DNA of 64,000 nucleotides. Origin: a virus. Taxonomy: Duplodnaviria; Caudoviricetes. The position numbers were made by a program, and so were the translations under genes. Positions 8,647 through 17,085 of this stretch are shown here, piece by piece (the stretch's first letter is position 1; each line of letters opens with the position of its first letter). The DNA is taken from IMG/VR virus record IMGVR_UViG_3300028886_000066, positions 40,674 through 104,673 of that record; one strand, given 5' to 3'. Below the pieces are notes generated by a model. The model saw nothing but the letters and a program-made list of their open reading frames with translations. It did not search any database and was not told the origin of the DNA.

Positions 8647-8976
8647 TCAGGATACTTCGATAATTTCGTCAATGCGTCCGCAAACAACATGACGCAGTGC
8701 AGTTTTATCAAAAGCATAATACTCAAACCAACTTCCGTATTGGTTAATAATGTACCTTTTCAGGAAATCTTTGAAACCAAATAGCCAACCTTGCAGCGGA
8801 ATAGAATGCTTTGAAAAGGTGTTGTGAAAAACTTTTTCGGAAATCCAGTTCTTTTCTTCGCGTGAAAGTTTCTCGCCATTCATGCACTTTTGTTTGAGTT
8901 GATAAACTTTGCTTTCTTTCAATTCTTCGAGCGCAGGAACTTCCCACGTTACGAACTTGTAAGCCATTTCTTTCAT
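8647..8976 (-). CDS. hypothetical protein (109 aa)
   Basis: ORF with array leader; resembles a small conserved protein of Bacteroidales mobile elements (recalled, not searched). Confidence 0.8.
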   Translation of the reverse strand: MKEMAYKFVTWEVPALEELKESKVYQLKQKCMNGEKLSREEKNWISEKVFHNTFSKHSIPLQGWLFGFKDFLKRYIINQYGSWFEYYAFDKTALRHVVCGRIDEIIEVS

Positions 8977-9042
8977 AATTATTTTGAGTTTTAGGGGTTA
9001 ATTTTCGTACTTCCCGCGAAATCTCTCTCACGGGAAATAAAT

Positions 9043-9189
9043 TCAGCGCAAAGACGGATAACGTTTCATGATACGCTCGCACTCCCTGGATAAAGTCAGA
9101 TACAACATAGAACTTTTTTCAAGATTCGCCATGATGTTACGATTCGCGTTCAACGAATTGCTCGCAACCAATTTGTCTAATTTGCTCAT
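9043..9189 (-). CDS. hypothetical protein (48 aa)
   Basis: Hand-translated MSKLDKLVAS...RYPSLR. Confidence 0.6.
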   Translation of the reverse strand: MSKLDKLVASNSLNANRNIMANLEKSSMLYLTLSRECERIMKRYPSLR

Positions 9190-9192
9190 AAC

Positions 9193-9411
9193 TCACGCAA
9201 CTTTTGATTTCATAAGTTTGTCGTACAAAGTTTCTGGAGTATCTTTTTCCTCCCAGAACATTTCAAGACAGGCGCAAATCTCATTCTTCGTAGCGTTTGG
9301 GAAAACATCACGAACAACTTCCGACATCTTTTTCGTACTCTCAGGATTAACCCAAGCAAGAAGAGGATCATCAAAAATCCTCTCCAGTTCCTTTCTTAAT
9401 TCTTCTTTCAT
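9193..9411 (-). CDS. hypothetical protein (72 aa)
   Basis: ORF with array leader. Confidence 0.8.
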   Translation of the reverse strand: MKEELRKELERIFDDPLLAWVNPESTKKMSEVVRDVFPNATKNEICACLEMFWEEKDTPETLYDKLMKSKVA

Positions 9412-9475
9412 AATTATAAGAGTTTTAAGTGAATAAAAAATCGTACTATCGGTAAGATTTACCCTACCGATAATT

Positions 9476-9616
9476 TTAGAAACACAAACCTATATTCTGC
9501 TGAGAATTGAAAAACTTTTCAGCTTTCTCAAGCATTTTCGTACTACCACAACCGAAATTGTAATACAGTCGATAAACTCTTTCGAGCTGTTCGGAAATCT
9601 GTTTGAACGTTTTCAT
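9476..9616 (-). CDS. hypothetical protein (46 aa)
   Basis: Start reset to ATG 9616 (MKTFKQISEQL). Confidence 0.65.
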   Translation of the reverse strand: MKTFKQISEQLERVYRLYYNFGCGSTKMLEKAEKFFNSQQNIGLCF

Positions 9617-9678
9617 AATTTTCTCCTTTCTGAAATAAAATTCGTACTTCGTGCCAGCTCTCACCAGCACAAAGCAAA

Positions 9679-10122
9679 TTACCAGACTTTTATCGGCTTT
9701 CTTTTCGGATTCATCAACGCGCCACCTTTCAAGAAAGAATTGCAGGCGCGTTTCAGAGATTTCCCAGAATAGAATTGCCAAAGCTGACCGTCAATTTCAT
9801 CGCCGTTTTCATTTATCGGCATGAAATCGGAATTGTAACGGCCATCGGGTGAAACCTGAGTTTCATAATGCTCAAATTCATTTTTCCCGTCGTAATTCTC
9901 GTAGCCGATTGTTCCGACATAAAGTTTTCTTTCAGTGTCGAAAACTTCAGCGGTGAAATACGGATGACCAAAAGACAAATCTGAAAAATCGACATAAAAT
10001 TTCGGATTCGGATTTTCTTTTGTCGCTCTCATCGTCGTCCCGTGACTTTCGTCTTTAATGTACGGGCAAAACTGCAAACCGAGATTCGCAGAAGTCTTTT
10101 CGCAAAATTCTTTGAAGTTCAT
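9679..10122 (-). CDS. hypothetical protein (147 aa)
   Basis: ORF with array leader. Confidence 0.85.
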   Translation of the reverse strand: MNFKEFCEKTSANLGLQFCPYIKDESHGTTMRATKENPNPKFYVDFSDLSFGHPYFTAEVFDTERKLYVGTIGYENYDGKNEFEHYETQVSPDGRYNSDFMPINENGDEIDGQLWQFYSGKSLKRACNSFLKGGALMNPKRKPIKVW

Positions 10123-10194
10123 AATCTTTGAGTTTTAATTGTGAATAATTATCGTACTTCCAAAATATTTTTCGTACTTTGGAAGTGAAAAGTA

Positions 10195-10290
10195 CTATCC
10201 GAAAAACAGGATAACAAAGTAAGTCAGGACAAGCCAGCAGATGCAGCAGATGAAACCGCCACAGAAATCTAAAATCTCTTTTCTATTCAT
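10195..10290 (-). CDS. 31-aa single-TM membrane peptide
   Basis: Hand-translated MNRKEILDFCGGFICCICWLVLTYFVILFFG. Confidence 0.6.
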   Translation of the reverse strand: MNRKEILDFCGGFICCICWLVLTYFVILFFG

Positions 10291-10358
10291 AATTTTCGTA
10301 CTTTGAAATAATTATCGTACTCTGGAAGTAATTTTCGTACTCCCAGAATTTTCGTACT
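10291..10358. repeat. four tandem AATTWTCGTACT boxes
   Basis: CGTAC cores at 10297, 10316, 10336 and 10353. Confidence 0.85.
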
Positions 10359-10567
10359 TACTGATACGCTGCAATCAATTTCCAATCGTTACGGTTTTTC
10401 ACGTAAACCTGAATCAGAAAAGCGTTCACGTCGCGTTTCGCTTCTGCAAAAATCTTGCGGGCGTGTACCTGAGCATCGGCGTGACACTCAAACATTTCAC
10501 GATGAAAATTAAAACCAGCGGTCAGATTCGTGTTCTGAAAATGAATCTCGAACAAATAACTTTTCAT
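10358..10567 (-). CDS. hypothetical protein (69 aa)
   Basis: Start reset to leader-defined ATG 10567. Confidence 0.75.
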   Translation of the reverse strand: MKSYLFEIHFQNTNLTAGFNFHREMFECHADAQVHARKIFAEAKRDVNAFLIQVYVKNRNDWKLIAAYQ

Positions 10568-10613
10568 AATCTTTTGAGTTTTTAAGTAAGACAATTAGCT
10601 TTCGCCACCTGAA

Positions 10614-10919
10614 TTAACAGGCAGCGAAATAAAGTTTTCGGTAAGTCTTGAAATCAATTCCGTTTTCTTTCAGGAACTCACAACTCCACCGAAATTCTTT
10701 CATAAGAGATTGCAAACGCTCGAAGTCGCAAAGGAAATCATAAAACTTTTGAAAATCCCTGGACTTTTCAATTCCTAAATTCTGAATCATTGAAAATTCA
10801 GCTTCCAAGTCACGCGAAAGAATAATCAAATATCTTTGTTCGCGCGAATAGTTCTTCACGAAATATTGTGCGGCCTGACTCCGCTGGGAATCAAGCCGTT
10901 TTCTATCTTCTGACATCAT
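10614..10919 (-). CDS. hypothetical protein (101 aa)
   Basis: ORF coupled to the upstream small gene. Confidence 0.75.
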   Translation of the reverse strand: MMSEDRKRLDSQRSQAAQYFVKNYSREQRYLIILSRDLEAEFSMIQNLGIEKSRDFQKFYDFLCDFERLQSLMKEFRWSCEFLKENGIDFKTYRKLYFAAC

Positions 10920-11044
10920 AACGCAAGAGTTTTGATTGTTTCAATACTTTTTGCGCCGCAAATTGCGCACATCATAACGTCACCGAACTTTGCGGAAATC
11001 TTTTCAGAAAGTTCCGCGAGCTTGTAAATTAAATCGTCGTTCAT
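10916..11044 (-). CDS. hypothetical protein (42 aa)
   Basis: Hand-translated MNDDLIYKLAEL...KTLAL; array leader. Confidence 0.6.
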   Translation of the reverse strand: MNDDLIYKLAELSEKISAKFGDVMMCAICGAKSIETIKTLAL

Positions 11045-11074
11045 AATCTTTTGAGTTTTATTGAGTGAATAAAT

Positions 11075-11347
11075 TTAATCTCTCTCAAAGTGCTTTGTTG
11101 CAACAAATTCCGTAATTGCAGAAATCGGATAAACGAATTTTATTCCGTCATCATTCCGAGAAAAATTGCGCCCGACCGCAATCTGTGTGCGGACGATTGA
11201 ATAAACCTTTTCCAAATCAGAATCTAAAATGGAATTGTGCCACTCGATTTCAATCTGGAAATCATTTACTTTCTTGATTGATACTCTGTAAAGAGTTACA
11301 TTCCCGTCGATAGTGTCGATGGAAATACGATAAACTTTTGTTTTCAT
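11075..11347 (-). CDS. hypothetical protein (90 aa), first gene of the array
   Basis: ORF with A-rich initiation region. Confidence 0.75.
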   Translation of the reverse strand: MKTKVYRISIDTIDGNVTLYRVSIKKVNDFQIEIEWHNSILDSDLEKVYSIVRTQIAVGRNFSRNDDGIKFVYPISAITEFVATKHFERD

Positions 11348-11659
11348 AATTGATAATGTTTAAAATTTATTGAGCTTTAATACGGAATCGAACCGCCGAG
11401 AAATTTCTAAAAGAAATCTTCAAACCAGAATAAAACAAAAAGGAAATGACAAAACGGAAATCTTTTAACCCGTCACTTTGTTTTTCAAAATCTTTTCGGA
11501 AAACTTCCGCTTTGTCACTCCAAAAAATCTTTTCACGTTTCAACAAAAATGCAAACGCCAAAAAGATTTGCAACGAAAACTCAATTATGAATTTTTCTTT
11601 TGCCGTTTTTCGTCGCTTTTTTCGTTTTCCGCAAATATCACTTTTTAGAATCGGTTGCA

Positions 11660-12420
11660 AATAAAACGCCGACGGGATCACCCGCCGACGAAACACCACC
11701 GCCACCGTCACCCGCCGCCCTGATATGGGCAGGAGTGAGGAACGGCAGCAGGGCAGCAGGGCAGACCACCCGCCACAAAGGGCAGGCAGGCCACCGCCGC
11801 CGCCGCCCTGATATGGGCAGGAGCAACACGACGAAACACGGCCGCCGGGAACATCATGCAGGGCAGGGAAACCGCCGACACCCGGACACCTAAACCCGCC
11901 GACCCACGCCGACAAGCCCCCAAGACACCGACCCCACCACCGCACAAAAGGCAGCGGGGCAGGCCGAGGAACAACCCGACGCAACCGACGGAGGAACCAG
12001 GGCAGCAGGAACACCACCCACACACAACGCCCCCAGCGTTTTAGTACACTCCCAGTTACAACCGACAAGACAACCGCCCGCCCTGATAGCAACCAGGAGG
12101 AACGGAAACAAGCCCCAGGGCACCCAACAACCCGCCGCCACAAAGGGCAGCAGGGCAGCAGGGCAGGCAAGCCAACGCCAACCAGCAACACCGCCACAAG
12201 GGCAGCGCACACGATCAGCAAGCCCGCCACCAATCGACAACCAGGAACACCACCGCAGGAACCACGCAACCACGCCGGGCAATTTTCCGCCAACACCACC
12301 GAAACAAAGGGCAGGGAGGGCAGAACACACCCAACGCGAACACGCAGCCAAAGGACACCCAAAGGGCACCCACAAGGGCAGCACCAACGCCGAAAGGGCA
12401 GGGAGGGCAGGAGCAACCGG
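11660..12420. repeat. T-depleted, low-complexity non-coding region with direct repeats
   Basis: Plus strand almost lacks T; 24-bp direct repeat CCGCCGCCCTGATATGGGCAGGAG at 11712-11735 and 11800-11823; recurrent CCACAA(A)GGGCAG and GCAGGGCA. Confidence 0.8.
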
Positions 12421-12618
12421 GCAGGCTAAGCCCCGGAAACTCCCTACTTTAAGCAGGATAAGCAGTTACGGAAAGCCCGTCTAAACCGTAACAGTCGATC
12501 GTCAAAAAGTAACTTTTGCGCCCTGATGAGGAAACGAACCCCAACCGCCTAAAGGCAGGCCACCAGGCCAGAGCAGGAGGCAGGCAGCAGGAACACCGCC
12601 CACCCTGATAGGGTGCAA

Positions 12619-13698
12619 TTACATCTGCAATAATTTATCAATAGTAGAGGCCACCGAGTAAGCCCGTGAACGCTCTTTTAACGCGCTCTTAATAGTCCGC
12701 GCAATCTTCGCAGGGCAGTTATCAGTATCAAGGACGGTAACACCACCTAACGACAAGATAAGATCATTTGCGCCGTTAATACGTGCAACCGCTTTCTCTA
12801 AGTTGGCGCGTAGTTGTTTGCGCTCTTTATGGTCAGAAGTTGAGCTATAGTTATAATCCCGCCTCACGTCTGAAAGTACACGATCCATATCGTAACCCAG
12901 ACGCTTCGCAAGCCTAACGGCGAGGCCGATATATGTCGTATAATCAAAGCGATCAGAAGAACGAGCCGCCGACAAACGGCGATTAAATTCCGACACTTCA
13001 CGAAGCGATAACAGGGCAGCGACAACGGCAGAAGCAGAAGCCCCAGCCGCGACTGGTACACTATCGACGAAGTCAGAAAGAACAGAGTTAGAACGAACAA
13101 CCGACACCGACAAGCGCCAAGAATAGTTATTTAAGCCGTTTTCCCTGATATGGGCAACCACGGCAGCGAACGACATACCAACCAACGAAACAAACTCCTT
13201 AAGATAGGAACGACGAATAACAACCAACACACGCCCAACGGTACAAGCAGGTGCCGACAAATCTAAACCCGCTTTTTTGGCAGCCCCAGCAACGGCGGCA
13301 TTTATCATTTCGTCCGACCAGTCGGGGAACGTAGCCCGAAGGGCGTTTTCTGTTTTCTCTTTTTCCGACCACTCAGGAGCCGCAAAGTTACTAACAATGT
13401 CGGCAGACAATTCACGAACACCACGCGACAACTTAAAGCCCTCAAAACGCAAGGAACTTTCTAATTTTGCCCGCATATCGAGACGTGCAGCACGACGAGA
13501 AGAAGCCGAAGAAGAACCGACACCGACAACAGGAGCAGAGTTAACAGAGCCAGAAGCCGCCGAGCCAACACCCGACCCAGCAGGAGCCGACACCGACACA
13601 CCATTTACAACCATCTGCAAATCCTTTGCAGATACTTTTTCACTCTTGCGAGATCCGCGAGTTTTGCGGGACATCTCTTTTTTGTTTGTTGTAGCCAT
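12619..13698 (-). CDS. hypothetical protein (359 aa), basic, A/S/V/R-rich
   Basis: Long ORF with AT-rich initiation region; no family recognised. Confidence 0.75.
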   Translation of the reverse strand: MATTNKKEMSRKTRGSRKSEKVSAKDLQMVVNGVSVSAPAGSGVGSAASGSVNSAPVVGVGSSSASSRRAARLDMRAKLESSLRFEGFKLSRGVRELSADIVSNFAAPEWSEKEKTENALRATFPDWSDEMINAAVAGAAKKAGLDLSAPACTVGRVLVVIRRSYLKEFVSLVGMSFAAVVAHIRENGLNNYSWRLSVSVVRSNSVLSDFVDSVPVAAGASASAVVAALLSLREVSEFNRRLSAARSSDRFDYTTYIGLAVRLAKRLGYDMDRVLSDVRRDYNYSSTSDHKERKQLRANLEKAVARINGANDLILSLGGVTVLDTDNCPAKIARTIKSALKERSRAYSVASTIDKLLQM

Positions 13699-13745
13699 AA
13701 TAAATAATGATTAAATGATTAATAACTGATTTACTTATTTATATC

Positions 13746-13946
13746 TTAATACCTTTCGAAAGTATTTATATAACTGATAGAATCCACAAGAGGAGCAACA
13801 ACCAACAACGCCCAACCGATAAGGGCTAAATTTGTCCCCGCTAATGTAAGAGGAGTAAACAGACCAGCCGCGATAGCGACACCCAGAAAGGAAACACCAC
13901 CCAACAGCAGGGAAGCAACCAAAAACGATAAATCATACTTTTTCAT
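13746..13946 (-). CDS. small two-TM membrane protein (66 aa)
   Basis: Two hydrophobic segments; directly downstream of a leftward promoter. Confidence 0.75.
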   Translation of the reverse strand: MKKYDLSFLVASLLLGGVSFLGVAIAAGLFTPLTLAGTNLALIGWALLVVAPLVDSISYINTFERY

Positions 13947-13985
13947 ATTCTTGAAATTTTTAGTGAATAAACCAATTTAACGCTG

Positions 13986-14237
13986 CAAAGTTACATAATA
14001 ATAAGGTACGATATTTCCCGAAGATAGACAAAAAGAATATAAAGTAACAACTAACAACCACAAAACAAAATAACAACAACAACAAAAAGAAAGTAAAGAA
14101 ATTTGATAACAAAATAAGAGTATTTGGGGTGGAGAAAGGAGGAGACAAAAGCCTTATTTTCAGGTATTTACGTCAATTTTCGAGGTGCAAAAGTAACATT
14201 ATATATAATAAAGTAATAAATCTTTTTTGCAAAAGTA
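13986..14237 (-). promoter_or_regulatory. three leftward Bacteroidetes -7 promoter elements
   Basis: Minus-strand TAACTTTG (13986-13993), TACTTTTG (14188-14195) and TACTTTTG (14230-14237). Confidence 0.6.
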
Positions 14238-14400
14238 GGGGGTAACCCCCCGATGCACAAAAGCCGCGGGCATACTGACCCCTTCTCGGAATTTTTTAAT
14301 TTTTCAAATTTCATTCCGTTAAGATTTTGACTTAACGTTTTTAACATTCTTAAAGTTTTGAAGAAAAGTTAGTGCATAATGTCGAAAAAATGGTGTAGTG

Positions 14401-14432
14401 TTTGGAGAATGGTTTAAAATGGGGTAATTTTG
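14401..14432 (+). promoter_or_regulatory. rightward Bacteroidetes promoter
   Basis: TTTG 14401-14404, 20-nt spacer, TAATTTTG 14425-14432. Confidence 0.7.
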
Positions 14433-14520
14433 CGGCAATAGTGTAGTATATGTAGGATAATACTTCATATATAGATGGATTTAAGTATTTGATAAATATA
14501 ATATTATAAGGGTTTACATA

Positions 14521-15990
14521 ATGGTCATGTTATCAGAAAATAATGTACTTAACTCACGTATTATCAGTGACTTACGTGAGTGTATAGATACTACACAGTT
14601 AATGCGTGCTTATCAGCATCCTCGGAAGAATGGCCGTTTATATGGTTATTGTGACGTATTGCGTAGTGCTTGTGGCAAGTGTTTTTACTGGCGTGATGGA
14701 GTTGTTTACGTGTTTGACGGCAGGGTATGGGTACCGTTTAGTCCCGATGTATTGAAGTATTTGGTTCGCGATGTTTTTGTTGATGTTGCCGGTATTGGTT
14801 CTGAAGTTGTGAAGAGTGACTGGGTAGACAGTGAGCGGAAGTTATGGGGTTATGCTTTGGATGGTATTATGAGTCATGTATTGGAGTACAATGTGTCGCT
14901 GGTAGGTTTCAGCAATGGTGTATGGGATTTCAGTGACATGAGTAATCCTGTTCGTCATAGTTTCAGTGAGCGTATGCCTATTACGTCGTTGTTAGGTTAC
15001 AAGTACGACCCGTCTGCTGTTTGTCCTGTGTGGTTGAATTTTCTGAAGATGATGTTACCGAGCCAGCGTGACGTTGATATGTTGCAGAAGTTCATGTCGT
15101 TAGGGTGCTGTAATCGCGGTTCTCTTGGCCAGAAGGTTGAGGAGAGTTTATGGTTGATAGGTGATGGTGCTAATGGCAAGACGACGATACAGAATGTCAT
15201 TCGGATGTTGTATGGTGAGCAGAATGTATCATCCATCAGTTTTGATGCTTTGTTGGATAGGTTTGTTGATTCTCGTTTTCGTGCCATTGGAGCCATGGAG
15301 GGCAAGTTGTTTAATATGTGTCAGGAGATAAGTGGTACTGATATTGAGAAAGGCAGTGATGTGTTCAAGAGTGTTGTGAGTGGTGAAGAGCAGTCTATAC
15401 GCAGTTTGGGTAAGGACATTCGTACCACGAAGGCCATTCCTTATCTTATTTTCTCAATGAACCAGATGCCTTCCAACAAGCGTATGGACAATGCCTTCCG
15501 TCGTCGTATTGTTGCGATAAATTTCCATTCGAGTGTCAAGCGTGAGGACATGGACAGGGGTTTGCTGATAAAACTGGCTGGTGAGTTGAGTGGTATCAGG
15601 AACTGGGTTATTGAGGGTTGGTTCAAGCTGGTCCGTGACGGTTACTCTATAAAGCCCGTGAAGTCTGGTGACAAGATGAGTTCTGAAGAGATTGAGTGGT
15701 GCATCATGAACGGTCAGACCGTTGATGTGTGGTTGGATCAGTGGGCGTTCATCTACCCATCCCGCCATGTCGGGCATGACGATGAGGTTTGTCTTGAGAT
15801 TCGTGGTATTGACTTGTATAATGACTATAAGTCGTATTGCGAGAATCTCATTCATTGTGAAGAGGATAATCTGAAGGTGTTTGGTACGAACCTTCACGAC
15901 CGTCTTAACTTCGAGAGACATCGTAAGGCTCAGGGAGTGTTCTATCGTGTCTATTGTGACAAAGATAATAAGTTTAACGTTAAACAGTGA
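14521..15990 (+). CDS. D5/P4-family SF3 DNA helicase (primase C-terminal-type module)
   Basis: D5_N-like VGFSNGVWD..YDPSAVCPVW; Walker A GDGANGKTT; motif C FSMN; arginine finger AFRRR. Confidence 0.85.
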   Translation: MVMLSENNVLNSRIISDLRECIDTTQLMRAYQHPRKNGRLYGYCDVLRSACGKCFYWRDGVVYVFDGRVWVPFSPDVLKYLVRDVFVDVAGIGSEVVKSDWVDSERKLWGYALDGIMSHVLEYNVSLVGFSNGVWDFSDMSNPVRHSFSERMPITSLLGYKYDPSAVCPVWLNFLKMMLPSQRDVDMLQKFMSLGCCNRGSLGQKVEESLWLIGDGANGKTTIQNVIRMLYGEQNVSSISFDALLDRFVDSRFRAIGAMEGKLFNMCQEISGTDIEKGSDVFKSVVSGEEQSIRSLGKDIRTTKAIPYLIFSMNQMPSNKRMDNAFRRRIVAINFHSSVKREDMDRGLLIKLAGELSGIRNWVIEGWFKLVRDGYSIKPVKSGDKMSSEEIEWCIMNGQTVDVWLDQWAFIYPSRHVGHDDEVCLEIRGIDLYNDYKSYCENLIHCEEDNLKVFGTNLHDRLNFERHRKAQGVFYRVYCDKDNKFNVKQ

Positions 15991-16451
15991 ATGTTATGGA
16001 AGAGAAGAAGCGTGTGCGTCCTACGTGGGCGCAGGTGAGGGAGTTGGAGTCTTTGGTTGGCAGTCTTCGTGAGGAGCTGCGTCTGAGTCAGCGTGAGTTG
16101 TCGCTAAGTAGCAAAGGTCATGATGCCTTGGTTGAGGAGTCCGCTGCGATGAGTGCTGAGATTGTCGAACTCCGCAGGAAGCTGGATGAGCAGATGGAGG
16201 GGACGAGCCGACTTGTGAAGGACTGCGATGACTGGCGGGAGAAGTACCGCGTATTGTCAGAGAAGTGCGCTGGTCTTGGCGACATTGAGACCCACTGCAA
16301 GTCTTTGGAAGATTCCAACGTGGCTTTGAACAAAGAGCTTGACAAGTACCGTGAGAGTAATGTAGGGCTTGGCAAGAAGTGCGCCGAGCTGAGTGACGAA
16401 ATCGAAAGAATGAAGTCCCGTGGATTCTGGGCGCGTGTGTTTAATAAGTAG
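15987..16451 (+). CDS. coiled-coil protein with C-terminal RGFWARVF motif
   Basis: Heptad-rich ORF. Confidence 0.75.
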   Translation: MNVMEEKKRVRPTWAQVRELESLVGSLREELRLSQRELSLSSKGHDALVEESAAMSAEIVELRRKLDEQMEGTSRLVKDCDDWREKYRVLSEKCAGLGDIETHCKSLEDSNVALNKELDKYRESNVGLGKKCAELSDEIERMKSRGFWARVFNK

Positions 16452-16455
16452 TGCC

Positions 16456-16683
16456 ATGGAGTCAGGAGACAAGGAGATACTGGCTAAGATTCTCGCCCGC
16501 CCCATTGGTGAGGCTGTCTCTCAGTGGGCTAAGAAGAATGATGTGGATTCCCCTGTCGAGGTCTATGCGGAGCTGAGTACTCCGACGCTGTACCTTGACG
16601 AGAACGGTGTCGCTCACAACGGTAATCTTGTGACTGTGAACGTCACGCTTTCCGATGAGGATGACGATGATGATGAGTTTTAA
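16456..16683 (+). CDS. hypothetical protein with acidic tail
   Basis: ORF; start reset to ATG 16456. Confidence 0.65.
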   Translation: MESGDKEILAKILARPIGEAVSQWAKKNDVDSPVEVYAELSTPTLYLDENGVAHNGNLVTVNVTLSDEDDDDDEF

Positions 16684-16702
16684 CTTTTAATATTATTGTA
16701 TT

Positions 16703-16933
16703 ATGGCTATTATCCAAGAGAAGAGAAATGATGCGCCGCGTCCTGAGACGAGAGAAACGGACTATGGTGCTCAGTATGTGACTGCTGGTACGGAGACTCC
16801 TATTGCTCCTGCCGCTGAAGAGAGTGTCGGGTCTGCTGAGGAGGTTATCACTGCCTCTGAGGTGGAGAGTGTTGTACCTGCCGCCCCTGCTTCGCCGAAG
16901 AAGAAGGGTGGTCGTAAGAAGTCTCGCCGATGA
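16703..16933 (+). CDS. hypothetical, probably disordered protein
   Basis: ORF with basic C-terminus. Confidence 0.7.
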   Translation: MAIIQEKRNDAPRPETRETDYGAQYVTAGTETPIAPAAEESVGSAEEVITASEVESVVPAAPASPKKKGGRKKSRR

Positions 16934-17085
16934 GTGCTGACGAGATGGAGAGCAGGGTGCTGTTGCTTGAGGAGAAGGTTGATGCCGTTCTTGATGTCCT
17001 TGACTGTCTCCTGAAGAAGGTGTACGGCCCTGAGTTTATGAGTAAGGTGGATAAACTTGCGGCTTATGGCAAAGAAAATGATTAG
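16930..17085 (+). CDS. hypothetical protein (51 aa)
   Basis: Hand-translated MSADEMESRVLLLEEKV...; ATGA overlap. Confidence 0.55.
   Translation: MSADEMESRVLLLEEKVDAVLDVLDCLLKKVYGPEFMSKVDKLAAYGKEND

Larger units (their letters stand above)
658..11366 (-). repeat. Dispersed conserved intergenic element (hairpin plus leader), about 25-30 copies, upstream of most small ORFs
   Basis: Plus-strand consensus CATAATcttttGAGTTTTaaGTGAaAcAtAAatTCGTACt then a GC hairpin; CAT at 655, 1495, 2027, 2629, 3225, 4456, 4898, 5238, 5529, 5935, 6202, 6668, 6991, 7400, 7773, 8055, 8573, 8974, 9409, 10120, 10565, 11042, plus degenerate copies. Confidence 0.9.

Noticed and set aside
658-11366. CRISPR array or classical integron
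   Set aside because: Repeats are degenerate and separated by whole genes; no cas genes, no consistent RYYYAAC/GTTRRRY attC ends and no integrase in the window
11367-12416. 349-aa minus-strand ORF and other overlapping ORFs
   Set aside because: The strand is A-depleted so stop codons are rare; several frames are open at once and the products are low-complexity, so these look compositional artefacts
12520-12545. Hammerhead ribozyme core (CTGATGAG..GAAAC)
   Set aside because: No proper stem II followed by GAAA, and no stems I/III with a cleavage triplet could be built
11380-12545. tRNA genes at the GGTTCG motifs
   Set aside because: Only T-arm-like pieces; no cloverleaf
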